A stretch of DNA of 64,000 bases, taken from contig CAYMNU010000075.1 in the NCBI GenBank assembly GCA_964391885.1, forward strand, positions 338 to 64,337, written 5' to 3'. The notes beneath the pieces are model-generated. The model saw only the letters and a list, made by a program, of their open reading frames with translations, was not told where the DNA came from and searched no databases. Made by a program: the position numbers and the translations under genes. Of this stretch, positions 1 to 9,949 are shown piece by piece; the stretch's first letter is position 1, and each line of letters starts with the position of its first letter. The DNA comes from an uncultured archaeon. GTDB lineage: Archaea > Altiarchaeota > Altiarchaeia > JAFGQM01.

Positions 1-95
1 TCCGCATAAAGCGGCCTTAACGGGGTTGAAGCCAGATTCTGCTGTATAGCCCTTACTGCTTGTTGGTCCATTAATAAGTTAAGAGCTACATATAT

Positions 96-1361
96 TTAAA
101 TCCCGAGGAAGAACAGTAGCGTCGGCAAGAGCAGGCTGCCCATACAATGGGTTCGCGAAACGCCTGTCAGGGCGGGTATAAGCCCAACGCACATGGAGAC
201 GAGGGCTATGAGGATGCCCAATGCCCCACTCATCGAAAATACCATTGCAAAGACGAAAATGAAACCTATTGCAGAAAGCTTTCTGAAGTCAAGGCTGCCT
301 GCAAGAGTCGAGAATTTTTTGCCTATGAATATATGTATTTTATAGGCAATTACTCCTGATGCCAGCATCACTCCCGCTAGCAGGGCAAGCAGGCCAAAGT
401 CAATCTGTCCGAAGAGGTCCTGGAGTATCACGCTTATTCCGCTGCGGGGGTTATTCATCAGGTAGAGGCTGAATATCGAAAACATCGCGTCCGCGGTGTT
501 TAAAGAACCCACTATCGCCATGAACTGCCTTAATTTTAGCTCCTCTGCCGCCTTCTTCCCTGCATTTGCAAGCTTTCTTCCCTTCTCCCTGAATGATTGT
601 ATCTCCTGGAAGACTATGCCTATCTGTGACGGTGACATGGCAGGGAGCAATCCCACTATCAGCCCGCCAACACCCCCCAGGAAAGAGCTTCTCCACATGC
701 CTTTCGAGCTTATTTCCAACTCTGCCTCCAAATCCTGCGGATAAAACTTTGACCCGGCTTGTATCCCTGTCAGCAATGTGCTTAAGCCGAACATGCCCGA
801 GAAAAGTGGAAGAAAAACCTGGGAAGTCGAAAGCGCATTAAGGTTGAGGCAGGTGTAGCCAAGGTAGCCAGCAAGCAGGAAGCTTAGCATCGCCCAAAGT
901 ATCTTCTCGGCTTTCCTTTCCCTGAGTATGAGGAAGATTATCGAAAAGCCAAGGACTGGCACAATGGATGCCCGTATCATGGAATATGCCATGGGCACAA
1001 GCACGAATGCGATAGGGAGTATCGCAAGCGAGACCAAAACCCCGTAAAGGCTTGCCAGCCCCGTCAGCCTTACGGCTTCCATACCCTTTCCCTGGAGCAG
1101 GAGGCGGTGGGCCGGGAGCATTGAAAGTACGGTGCCCTCATCAGGGACGCCCAGGAAAATAGATGGTATGAAGTCTATGAAGGTCTGCGTCGTAGCCATG
1201 GCCACAAGGAAGACTGCGAAGCTGACCGGCTCCAGACCGAGGATTGCCATCGCCGAGAGCATCATTGCGCCCACGTTGTTGACGTGCAGCCCCGGCAGCA
1301 AGCCGCAGGCTGTGCCCGCGGCTATCCCTAGGAGGAGGAAGATTATGATTTCTATGAGCAA
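96..1361 (-). CDS. Polytopic membrane protein, TctA/DUF112-like permease family
   Basis: 421 aa, ~10 hydrophobic helices; motifs resembling the tricarboxylate transporter TctA large subunit (GLLPGL, PAHRLLLQGKG). No partner genes in the window. Confidence 0.45.
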   Translation of the reverse strand: MLIEIIIFLLLGIAAGTACGLLPGLHVNNVGAMMLSAMAILGLEPVSFAVFLVAMATTQTFIDFIPSIFLGVPDEGTVLSMLPAHRLLLQGKGMEAVRLTGLASLYGVLVSLAILPIAFVLVPMAYSMIRASIVPVLGFSIIFLILRERKAEKILWAMLSFLLAGYLGYTCLNLNALSTSQVFLPLFSGMFGLSTLLTGIQAGSKFYPQDLEAELEISSKGMWRSSFLGGVGGLIVGLLPAMSPSQIGIVFQEIQSFREKGRKLANAGKKAAEELKLRQFMAIVGSLNTADAMFSIFSLYLMNNPRSGISVILQDLFGQIDFGLLALLAGVMLASGVIAYKIHIFIGKKFSTLAGSLDFRKLSAIGFIFVFAMVFSMSGALGILIALVSMCVGLIPALTGVSRTHCMGSLLLPTLLFFLGI

Positions 1362-1404
1362 AGCGCCTCCGCTAGGAGGCTAGGACTTGAAGGAAGAGAA
1401 TAAT

Positions 1405-1440
1405 ACAAAAAGATAAAATACGCCCCCTTTTGGGGGCGGA
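1405..1440 (-). terminator. Intrinsic-type terminator hairpin downstream of MC1 (CGCCCCC-TTTT-GGGGGCG, followed by a T-rich tract on the minus strand)
   Basis: Perfect 7-bp GC stem at 1421-1438, then TATTTTATCTTTTTG on the minus strand. Confidence 0.6.
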
Positions 1441-1458
1441 CTTAAATAACAAAAACGC

Positions 1459-1755
1459 TTAGAGCTTCTCCCACTTGATGCCGCTCTTGGCAACTTTGGG
1501 CTTCCAAACTTCGGCAGGCAGCCAGTCGGGCCTGTTCTCAGGGGACTTGACCTTTACTCTCTGGCCTTTGAAGACGTGGACTTTAACCATCCCGTTCTTC
1601 TTCTTGCCTCCTCGCTCCCTTATCTCGATAGCAGCATTGCCGTCTGTCGCAGCCTTCAAGGCAGCCTGGTGCGGCCCCTTTCCGGTGTATACGTGGTCGG
1701 TGTCCTTACCGCCCTTCCTTAGGACATAATATCTTTTTTCAGTCATTTTTTCCAC
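1459..1755 (-). CDS. Archaeal chromosomal protein MC1
   Basis: 98 aa. Matches MC1 over HVYTGKGPHQAALKAA ... KVHVFKG ... PENRPDWLP. Stem-loop plus T-tract lies downstream. Confidence 0.85.
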   Translation of the reverse strand: MEKMTEKRYYVLRKGGKDTDHVYTGKGPHQAALKAATDGNAAIEIRERGGKKKNGMVKVHVFKGQRVKVKSPENRPDWLPAEVWKPKVAKSGIKWEKL

Positions 1756-1924
1756 CCTTTGCTAGTTTAGCGTAAGCACAGCATCCTGCAGGCGATAGCC
1801 TGCTGAACCCCCACCGCGCTTATTTGTGTATACTTTTTAGATTACTAGTATAAAAACATATTTGATGCGCCACTTTTTAAGGGTTTTTATAGCTTTTCTC
1901 TCAACATAAGTCTGGATTCTCAAG

Positions 1925-2119
1925 ATGGGCGACAGCTTTAAGAAGGAGATGAGTAAGCTGCTTAGCGATATGCTCTCTGCCTTTATGGTTCTCTTGCTAT
2001 CGGTTTTCGTCTTGGGCATGCTCTATGCCTACTACTTTACATCACGGGGGGCACTGGCCATGCTGTGGCTTCCTGTGCTTTTGCTGGCAGGACTTCTAAT
2101 ATACAAAGTCTTGGAATGA
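1925..2119 (+). CDS. Small two-helix membrane protein (hypothetical)
   Basis: 64 aa ORF with two hydrophobic helices; AT-rich TATA-like sequence ~30 nt upstream. Confidence 0.3.
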   Translation: MGDSFKKEMSKLLSDMLSAFMVLLLSVFVLGMLYAYYFTSRGALAMLWLPVLLLAGLLIYKVLE

Positions 2120-2145
2120 GCCTGAGAAAAATAAACAGGGAAAGG

Positions 2146-3396
2146 ATGGGTGGCCATAAACTCGGCAACCCATTTGCGAAGAAGTCGCACTTTAAAAAAC
2201 TGGGCAAGAAGAAGCTTGAAAAAAGCGATGGCCTGGTTCATCCTAGGAAAGCCATGCCCAAGGCGCCGCTAAACAAGACAATGCTGCAGGTCCTCGCAAT
2301 AGCCGCAGTGGCGATAATAATCATAGCTGCGCAGTTTCTCATGCGCTCTTCCCCGGCCCCAGTAACAGACGATGGAACCGATGTCCCGACTCCCATCAAC
2401 GAAACCAATGATTCAACCCCCATAGTGATAAACGAGACAAAGCTTCCCGACCTTGAAATGAGAAGTGTGTCATTGAGTAGCTCTAAGGTAAACATAGGCG
2501 ATAATGTCACAATCACGGCATCCCTGAGGAACCGGGGCGAAGCCAATGCCAGTGACATCACTATGGGCTTTTTCGCCGGACAGGCGAGGATAGGGACTAA
2601 ATTAGTCGTGAACCTCTCAATAGGAGAAACAACAGAAGTCGAGCTTAATTGGTCCCCCGGCCCCGAGCACACGGGCAGTTACAAGATAAGGGCAGTCGCA
2701 GATCCCGACGATTTGCTGGACGAAGAGAGAGAGAACAACAACGAGGCAGATAAAAGCCTCACTGTCGAGGAGATGCTGCTCGAGGATGCAAGCGCCGACT
2801 TCAAGCGACAGGCCACAGTATCTTTCAACAATCACTGGTATTCAGACACCCCCAATCTTAATAATCTCATTCGTGTAGGTGGGGGCGACGGCTATACCTA
2901 TTTCCAAGTGACTAATAAAGAGGGTGATGTCTACTACTTGGACATAATGGTCCCGGGTTTCAAGCTGGAGACAATAAGCCAAATATCCGGAGTTTTCATA
3001 CCCTCGGCATCTTCTGGCGGCTGGAACTCCAGGAATTGCATCAAGGAGACCTTGGTATCTTCTGATTGCATATGGAATGGCCCGCAGATACGCATAGACC
3101 TTGCGATTTCCAGCAGGGGGCTGGAAGCCACAGACCAGGATGGCCAAAGGTCATACGCCAGCACAAGCAAATCCAGGGTAAAGGACATCAAGCTCGTCGG
3201 ATTGAAAAAAGCAAGCTGGCCTGGGGAGCTGAAGACTTGGAGGGTCTTGAATGCCAAAGAGCCGGAATACCTAGTCCCTCTAGAGTTTTATGAGACTGTG
3301 GGCAACTCCCTGTACCTGCACCCTCTCAGATGGAGCCCGAAGAGCTTCAACGCAGAGGCTGCACTCTGGTTTAGATTTGAAATAACTTTGCATTAG
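2146..3396 (+). CDS. Membrane-anchored surface protein with a CARDB-like (cell-adhesion related) domain; start codon uncertain (2065, 2116, 2146 and 2254 are all possible)
   Basis: Basic N-terminus, then a TM helix (LQVLAIAAVAIIIIAAQ). Thr/Asn-rich linker, then a domain with LSSSKVNIGDNVTITASLRNRGEANASD ... GETTEVELNW, typical of CARDB. Confidence 0.55.
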   Translation: MGGHKLGNPFAKKSHFKKLGKKKLEKSDGLVHPRKAMPKAPLNKTMLQVLAIAAVAIIIIAAQFLMRSSPAPVTDDGTDVPTPINETNDSTPIVINETKLPDLEMRSVSLSSSKVNIGDNVTITASLRNRGEANASDITMGFFAGQARIGTKLVVNLSIGETTEVELNWSPGPEHTGSYKIRAVADPDDLLDEERENNNEADKSLTVEEMLLEDASADFKRQATVSFNNHWYSDTPNLNNLIRVGGGDGYTYFQVTNKEGDVYYLDIMVPGFKLETISQISGVFIPSASSGGWNSRNCIKETLVSSDCIWNGPQIRIDLAISSRGLEATDQDGQRSYASTSKSRVKDIKLVGLKKASWPGELKTWRVLNAKEPEYLVPLEFYETVGNSLYLHPLRWSPKSFNAEAALWFRFEITLH

Positions 3397-3434
3397 TTTA
3401 ACTAAATTTAGTTTAACTGCAATTATCTCTGAAA

Positions 3435-4946
3435 ATGAAGAAACCAATAGTACTTCTCATACGCGATGGCTGGGGGCATCGGGAAGACCGGAATCACAAT
3501 GCAATCGCCCAGGGTGAATGCCCGTTCACAGACTACTTGATGCGCACTTATCCTCATACCCTGCTCAATGTTTCCGGCGAGGCAGTGGGCTTACCTCCTG
3601 GTTACCAGGGAAACTCCGAGGTCGGGCATATGACTATCGGTGCCGGACGGATAATTTACCAGTCTTTACTCAGAATAAATAAATCGATAGAAAGCGGCGC
3701 CTTTTCCAAGAACCCCGCCTTTCTGAAGGCTATAAATAATTGCAAGGCAAATGGCACAACTCTACACATATTAGGTCTTCTGCAGCAGGAGGGTGTTCAT
3801 GCCCACGTAGACCACTGCCTTGCGCTTTTAAATCTCTGCAAGCAAGAGGGTTTTGAAAATGTGCTAGTACACGTAATAGCAGACGGCAGGGATGCGCCCG
3901 TCAGGAACACGATAAAAAACGTCCGCATATTAATCAAAAAAATAGGGGAATTAGGCATAGGCAAGATAGCTACGGTGTCTGGACGCTATTACACCATGGA
4001 CCGGAACAAGAACTGGGATCGGACCAAAATCGCTTATGATTGTATTGTAAATGCGGAAGGCCCCGAATTCAAAGACCCGATAACGGTGTTCGAAGACTCG
4101 TATGAGGAAGAAATAACAGACGAGTTCATAGTCCCGACGCGCGCATCATGGTATGCGGGCATCAAACCACAAGATTCGTTCATATTCTACAATTACAGGA
4201 CTGACCGCACACGGCAGCTGACGCGGGCGATGATAGAAGATGAGTTTGAGGGTTGGGAGCGAAAACCCCTGGACATCTTCTTCGTAGCGATGACCGAGTT
4301 CTATGCCCCGATGAACAAGCGCGCTGTAATAGCATTCGGGCCAGAAGACCTTAAGAATCTATTGGGCAAGATAGTCGCAGATGCCGGCCTGAAGCAGCTG
4401 CGGATTTCGGAAACTGAAAAATACGCGCATGTCACCTTCTTCTTCAATGGCCAGGTGGAGGCGCCGAACAGGTGTGAGGACAGGATTCTGATACCGAGCC
4501 CGGATGTGAAGACTTATGATATGAAGCCCGAGATGTCGGTCAATGAGATCGGCGATAAAATAGTTGAAGCGCTGGATAAAGACTATTCTTTGATAGTCAC
4601 GAACTTCGTTAACGGTGACATGGTTGGCCACACAGGGAACTGGGATGCAATACTGAAAGCCATAAAAGCCGTGGATGAAAATGTGAAGAAAGTAGTGGAA
4701 AAAACTTTGGAAAAGGGAGGTGTTGTTTTGGTATTTGCTGACCACGGCAATTGCGAGGACGTTTCCTCCGAATGGAGCACTTCACATACGATAAATCCGG
4801 TGCCGTTTATTCTAGTTAGTGGAGATCCGGAGCTTAAGAATGCCCAGCTGAAGTCCGGCAAGGGGCTTCAGGATGTCGCACCCACTACCTTGAAGCTGTT
4901 GGATCTTTCGAAGCCCAAGGAAATGACCGGGGAAAGTATTTATTAA
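3435..4946 (+). CDS. gpmI: 2,3-bisphosphoglycerate-independent phosphoglycerate mutase, bacterial GpmI type
   Basis: 503 aa; full-length similarity to iPGM (GNSEVGHMTIGAGR, RDAPV, HGNCED). Confidence 0.88.
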   Translation: MKKPIVLLIRDGWGHREDRNHNAIAQGECPFTDYLMRTYPHTLLNVSGEAVGLPPGYQGNSEVGHMTIGAGRIIYQSLLRINKSIESGAFSKNPAFLKAINNCKANGTTLHILGLLQQEGVHAHVDHCLALLNLCKQEGFENVLVHVIADGRDAPVRNTIKNVRILIKKIGELGIGKIATVSGRYYTMDRNKNWDRTKIAYDCIVNAEGPEFKDPITVFEDSYEEEITDEFIVPTRASWYAGIKPQDSFIFYNYRTDRTRQLTRAMIEDEFEGWERKPLDIFFVAMTEFYAPMNKRAVIAFGPEDLKNLLGKIVADAGLKQLRISETEKYAHVTFFFNGQVEAPNRCEDRILIPSPDVKTYDMKPEMSVNEIGDKIVEALDKDYSLIVTNFVNGDMVGHTGNWDAILKAIKAVDENVKKVVEKTLEKGGVVLVFADHGNCEDVSSEWSTSHTINPVPFILVSGDPELKNAQLKSGKGLQDVAPTTLKLLDLSKPKEMTGESIY

Positions 4947-6190
4947 GTCCCTTCTCTCCAGCTTTTCAGATAATCGAGCTGTTCTTTAGATAGCTCATCG
5001 ATGCTTATTCCCAAACTCTCAAGCTTCAGCATGGCAATCCCTCTATCTATTTCCTCTGGAATCCGATAAACCTTAGGCTCAAGCTTCCCCTGGTTCTTTA
5101 CAAGGTATTCCGCACCCAAAGCCTGGTTGGCAAACGACATGTCCATCACTTCGGCTGGATGTCCCTGCCCTGCCACAAGGTTAACCAGTCGCCCGTCTGC
5201 AAGGAGGTTTATCCTCTTCTTGCCGACCATGAATTCATCCACGTTTGATCGTATTTGTCTCTTTGGATACTTCTCCAGGAATGACTTGTCCACTTCATTG
5301 TCGAAGTGTCCCGCGTTGGCAAGCATAGCTCCGTCTTTCATTAGCATTATATGCTCTCCACGGATGACCTGCTTATTGCCTGTAACCGTCAGGAATATGT
5401 CCCCGACCTGGGCGGCATCCTTCATCCTCATCACGTGGAAGCCATCCATATGGGCCTCCAAAGCCTTGATTTCATCCACCTCGGTGACGATGACTTTGCA
5501 GCCCATTCCCTTCGCGCGCATGGCTACGCCTTTTCCGCACCAGCCGTATCCAGCAATCACAAAAGTCTTCCCCGCAAGGATGAGGTTGCTGGCGTTCATA
5601 ATTCCATCCATCGTTGACTGCCCTGTCCCATAGCGGTTGTCAAAGAGGTATTTGGTGAAGGCATCATTAACGTCCATCATCGGGTACTTAAGTACTCCTT
5701 CCTTGACCATCGCGTTGAGGCGGACTATGCCTGTCGTGGTTTCTTCACATCCACCGATAATTCCATCCAACAACTCCCTTCTTTCAGTGTGTACTAGCGT
5801 GACCAGATCACAGCCGTCATCTACAGTAATGTGCGGCTTTATGTCCAGCACTTTATTCAAATTCTCATAATATTCATCATTGCTTTGCCCCCTCCAGCAG
5901 ATAGCCTCGATGCAGGTTTCTTCCGCCAGCCCTGCTGCGGCATCGTCTTGCGTAGTCAGGGGATTGCACCCGGTTATCGCGACATCAGCCCCTCCGTCTC
6001 GGAGAACCTTGGCAAGAGCGCAGGTCTTCGGCTCGACGTGGAGCGCCATTGCAATTCTCAAACCCTTAAAGGGCTTCTCGTTTTTGAATCTCTCATCTAT
6101 TAATCCAAGAACCGGCATATTCCTTTCCACCCATTCTATCTTCAGTTTTCCCTGCCCCGCGAGTCCCGGGTCTTTGATTTTTGATACCAT
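4943..6190 (-). CDS. ahcY: Adenosylhomocysteinase (SAH hydrolase)
   Basis: 415 aa; NAD-binding GYGWCGKGVA and CNPLTTQDDAAA motifs of AhcY. Confidence 0.92.
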   Translation of the reverse strand: MVSKIKDPGLAGQGKLKIEWVERNMPVLGLIDERFKNEKPFKGLRIAMALHVEPKTCALAKVLRDGGADVAITGCNPLTTQDDAAAGLAEETCIEAICWRGQSNDEYYENLNKVLDIKPHITVDDGCDLVTLVHTERRELLDGIIGGCEETTTGIVRLNAMVKEGVLKYPMMDVNDAFTKYLFDNRYGTGQSTMDGIMNASNLILAGKTFVIAGYGWCGKGVAMRAKGMGCKVIVTEVDEIKALEAHMDGFHVMRMKDAAQVGDIFLTVTGNKQVIRGEHIMLMKDGAMLANAGHFDNEVDKSFLEKYPKRQIRSNVDEFMVGKKRINLLADGRLVNLVAGQGHPAEVMDMSFANQALGAEYLVKNQGKLEPKVYRIPEEIDRGIAMLKLESLGISIDELSKEQLDYLKSWREGT

Positions 6191-6191
6191 T

Positions 6192-7454
6192 CTAATTATT
6201 CAATCTTTCGATGATTTTATCCTCATTTTCAACCTTCCTATCTCTCATCACGACCTTCCCATTGATTATGCTCGTATCCACATCCCCGCCTTGCATGGCA
6301 TATACGATGTTGCTTATCACATTACTCTTGTTCATCGGAGCAAGATGAGGCTTGTCTAGATTAACAATTATAATATCCGCAAGCCTCCCTTCTTCAATAG
6401 AGCCTGAATCTACACCAAGCGCTTTCGCGCCATTTATCGTAGCCATGTCCAGGGCCTTCTGCGCCGGTACGAGCCTGGCATCCCACTTGGCGTTCTTATG
6501 CAGAAGCGCAGCGAGCTTCATCTCCTTGAACAAGTCCAGGTTATTATTCGATGCGCAACCGTCAGTCCCAAGTGTCACATTCACTCCTCGCTCAAGCAGC
6601 TCCGGGACGGGAGAAAGCCCCCCGCTCGCAAGCTTCAGGTTTGAAGTAGGGTTGTGCGATGGGCTCACCCCTTTCTTTGCAAGCAAATCCATCTCTAGTT
6701 TAGTCAGCCAGACGCAGTGCGCAGCCGTCGTCATTTCATTCAAGAAACCCGCGCTGTCCAAAAGCTCCGGCGGCCTCACCCCTGTCTTTTTGACACAATC
6801 ATAAACTTCCTTTCGCGTTTCGGAAAGGTGCGTATGCTTCCTCACTTTATACTTCTTCGCAATAGTATCAGCCCTTTCGTAAGTCTCGTTAGACGTAACA
6901 TAGACTCCCTGCGCGCCGACTTCGGGAGTAACCAGCTCGTTCTTCTCCTGCCATCTCTTGACAAAGGCTTCGCAGTTGTGCGCAGGGTCTCCTTTCTGCG
7001 TTGTCATCTCTTTATCAAGCACGGCCCAAGCAAGATTTGCCCTTAGACCTGTTTCAATCGCTGCCTTCGCAATCTCATCCTCGAAATAATACAGGTCATT
7101 GAAGCAGCTAGTCCCGAATTTGATAGATTCCAAACATCCGAGCAAAGCCCCTTCGTAAACATCCTTCTCAGTAAGCTTTGAATCTATTGCATAAGTCTTT
7201 TCCAGAAACTCGTCAAGGGCGCAGTCATCCGCCACTCCGCGCAGCTTTGTCATGGATATGTGGGTATGTGTATTGACAAGGCCCGGCATAACCAGCGAGC
7301 GGGAGCAGTCTATACTTTCATCAGCGCCGATATCCAGACACTTACCTATCTTGCTTACTCTACTCCCCTCTATAAAGATGTCCCTAGTCTCAAGAATCTC
7401 CCTTTCACTGTCCTGCGTGACCAAAAATCTGCAATTTTTCAGAAGTACTGACAT
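6192..7454 (-). CDS. mtaD: Amidohydrolase, MTA/SAH/5'-deoxyadenosine deaminase family (MtaD/DadD-like)
   Basis: 420 aa; LVNTHTHISMT metal-binding HxH motif; overall MtaD/TRZ-ATZ architecture. Adjacent to ahcY. Confidence 0.78.
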   Translation of the reverse strand: MSVLLKNCRFLVTQDSEREILETRDIFIEGSRVSKIGKCLDIGADESIDCSRSLVMPGLVNTHTHISMTKLRGVADDCALDEFLEKTYAIDSKLTEKDVYEGALLGCLESIKFGTSCFNDLYYFEDEIAKAAIETGLRANLAWAVLDKEMTTQKGDPAHNCEAFVKRWQEKNELVTPEVGAQGVYVTSNETYERADTIAKKYKVRKHTHLSETRKEVYDCVKKTGVRPPELLDSAGFLNEMTTAAHCVWLTKLEMDLLAKKGVSPSHNPTSNLKLASGGLSPVPELLERGVNVTLGTDGCASNNNLDLFKEMKLAALLHKNAKWDARLVPAQKALDMATINGAKALGVDSGSIEEGRLADIIIVNLDKPHLAPMNKSNVISNIVYAMQGGDVDTSIINGKVVMRDRKVENEDKIIERLNN

Positions 7455-7495
7455 GGATATTTAGTCGACCATAGGACTTAAATGCTTATCTAATT

Positions 7496-9949
7496 TCATT
7501 TTCTTCCCTTCTTTCGCATCTCGGAAATGCGCCGCATGGCAACATCAGAAAAGAAGAGAATCAAAGCAACAAGCCCAAATATATAATAAAGGTCCTCCCG
7601 GCTTCTTGATATTCCCATGGCCTGATCGACCACATACCCTGATAAATCATCCATTAGTTTGGAGGTCTGTCCACTTTGGTACACCTCCCCCCCCGTAGTA
7701 TCTGCCATGGCGGTAAGGATTGCAGTGTTTAGTCGCAGTTCTCCAAATTCCTGCGGATAATTTACAGCCATCGCACAGCTGTATTCACCGGAGCCTACAG
7801 TGAGGAAACCTGCACTTTCTGGCACAAAACTAAAGTAATAGCTCTCCTGGTCGAGGCGCTTGAGATCTACTGAATCACCACCCAGGCTTATGCGGGGGTA
7901 TTCCTTCTTGCTCCTTATTATGACTACGGTCTCCTTCCCAACTCTCGTATCTGCGCATTCTATCCTTAGGTCCCCTCCCCTTTCTGCATCCCCTACTGCC
8001 CAGTTGACGGATGAGGATACAATCCTGGAATTTCCTTCTCCGTAGAGTTGTCCACTCCACTCCCTTCCGCTGTCGGTGCTGAGGGACACTACCCTTCCAA
8101 GCCCGAATCGCCATATTGCGAGTATCGGTTTCATCGAAGGCGTTGCTGCAAGTATCTGGGAACCTGACTTTGCCGTTACGTCATTGAAGCTCTTGAGCGA
8201 GACATTAAGGTTCCACATGCCCTGCGTTATAAAATGATTGGCATCTGTTACTATCATAGCAAACCCCTTACTTTCATCTCGTTCTTGCTCTTCCAGGGCC
8301 CCCACTATTAGCTTTACCCTGTCTGTCTGCGACGGTGAGAAATAGCTGCCCCTACCCTGCAACGCAAGCCCCGCCATGAACGACTCATCCGTATCAAAAC
8401 CTACTCCTATGGTGTGCGTGATTATGCCCTCTTCTGCCATTGACGCAGCTTCTTGGAATGCTTTTACAGGGTAATTTGTAATCCCATCTGACACTAAGAT
8501 CACATATCTGCTTCCCTGCAGGTGGCGTAGCATCTCCCTGGCTTTTGTAAGGCCTACTAGGACATAGGTCCCACCTCCGAACTTGAGCCTTGACACTTTT
8601 TCCTCAAGTGGAGAGCTATCATCCATTTTTAAGATCTGCTGTATCACATAAGCATCGGAGTTGAAGGTCACTGCACCCATGTGGGCAGCATCGGCAAGGT
8701 CTCTTATCATCCTTACTATTATTGACTTCTGCAGGTCTATCTTTGTTTCGCCTCCTATCATCAGGCCTGTGGATCCTGATATATCTATAACAAATATGAT
8801 GTTTATCTGGCGGTCCTTCTTTTCCTCTGCTTCTGTACTTCTTACCGGCAATAGGCGCTCGAAGCCGCTGCCGTAATAACCTCCGTTGCCATAGGAACTG
8901 TTGCCCCCTACCACTAGCAAGCCGGAACCTTCTGCTATGAATTCTCTAATGGGTGCATAATCGCCCAATTTACCCGCATGTATATTATCAATTACAATAG
9001 CCGAGTAAGTATTTAACACAGAAGGCAAGGAAGCTCTGGTCTCTAAGGCATATACTTCTTCCAATACCTCCCTGAGCGGCGAATACTCGCTTTCCGTGAC
9101 CAACAATATCCTGGGCCTCTCCGTCACATCCACTACCTTATTGAAAGCATTGTTCTCTACAAAAAAGTCGTCCGAAGCGGGAACTATGCTAGCGCTTATG
9201 TTATAAGGGCCGGTCCTGCTGAAGACATGCCTGAAGGGGAAGTCCAGATAGGACGCTTCTTGCGTCACATCAGTCTCCATCAAAACCTGACTGCCTATAC
9301 TCAGTTTCAGCTTATATGCCGCATCCTCCCCCAGTTTACCAATCCTCACGCTGCCGATGTATTCTGAATTAATTGGGGTATTCTTGGCCCCGCTTATGGA
9401 CTCTATGAATACCTCATTTTCAATAGGCTCCGGCAAGATGGCAAAGATTCTCGTATTTGCCTTTGAGGCATAAGCTGCTATGTCAAGCGGGTTCGTTCCT
9501 TTGTTACTATTGCCGTCGCTTTCTACTATTACTACACTGCTCTTGAGAGATGACCCGAGAATAGCCTGATAAAGCTCGTCGCCAAGGGCAGTATATTCTC
9601 TTGAGGCAATCTCTCGCAGTTCCACATTTGCCAGCCCTTCCGACCTACCTGTTAATGGCCCCACTAAATTCTGGAGGGTATTACGGTAAAGTGACATGCT
9701 GCCTGTCTTGTCAGCAAGGAGAATTATGGAACCACCCTCTTCCATTATCATTTCTTCCCTGATTATATGTGGGCCGGCAAGCACCAAAAAAAGGCATGCG
9801 ATAGCCCCGCATCGCAGGGAGATTAACAAGGCGTGCCTCTTTTTTAATAGGTCCCGGTTCAGTATTACAAATACGACCACCGCAGCTATTGAGATATAAA
9901 TGAACAACTGCATATCAAAATTTATCCCCATAATCTGCGTTAAAATCAT
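7496..9949 (-). CDS. Membrane protein with a von Willebrand factor A domain (BatB-like), distal gene of the MoxR operon
   Basis: 817 aa; N-terminal TM helices; vWA MIDAS motif (IIFVIDISGSTG ... LVSDGITN). Confidence 0.7.
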   Translation of the reverse strand: MILTQIMGINFDMQLFIYISIAAVVVFVILNRDLLKKRHALLISLRCGAIACLFLVLAGPHIIREEMIMEEGGSIILLADKTGSMSLYRNTLQNLVGPLTGRSEGLANVELREIASREYTALGDELYQAILGSSLKSSVVIVESDGNSNKGTNPLDIAAYASKANTRIFAILPEPIENEVFIESISGAKNTPINSEYIGSVRIGKLGEDAAYKLKLSIGSQVLMETDVTQEASYLDFPFRHVFSRTGPYNISASIVPASDDFFVENNAFNKVVDVTERPRILLVTESEYSPLREVLEEVYALETRASLPSVLNTYSAIVIDNIHAGKLGDYAPIREFIAEGSGLLVVGGNSSYGNGGYYGSGFERLLPVRSTEAEEKKDRQINIIFVIDISGSTGLMIGGETKIDLQKSIIVRMIRDLADAAHMGAVTFNSDAYVIQQILKMDDSSPLEEKVSRLKFGGGTYVLVGLTKAREMLRHLQGSRYVILVSDGITNYPVKAFQEAASMAEEGIITHTIGVGFDTDESFMAGLALQGRGSYFSPSQTDRVKLIVGALEEQERDESKGFAMIVTDANHFITQGMWNLNVSLKSFNDVTAKSGSQILAATPSMKPILAIWRFGLGRVVSLSTDSGREWSGQLYGEGNSRIVSSSVNWAVGDAERGGDLRIECADTRVGKETVVIIRSKKEYPRISLGGDSVDLKRLDQESYYFSFVPESAGFLTVGSGEYSCAMAVNYPQEFGELRLNTAILTAMADTTGGEVYQSGQTSKLMDDLSGYVVDQAMGISRSREDLYYIFGLVALILFFSDVAMRRISEMRKKGRK

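Noticed and set aside
2065-2145. N-terminal 27-aa extension of the CARDB-like protein (start at 2065)
   Set aside because: It overlaps the independent small membrane ORF 1925-2119 and adds a non-hydrophobic leader. Internal starts (2146 or 2254) give a basic cytoplasmic stub plus TM helix, consistent with a type II anchor. The true start is still uncertain.
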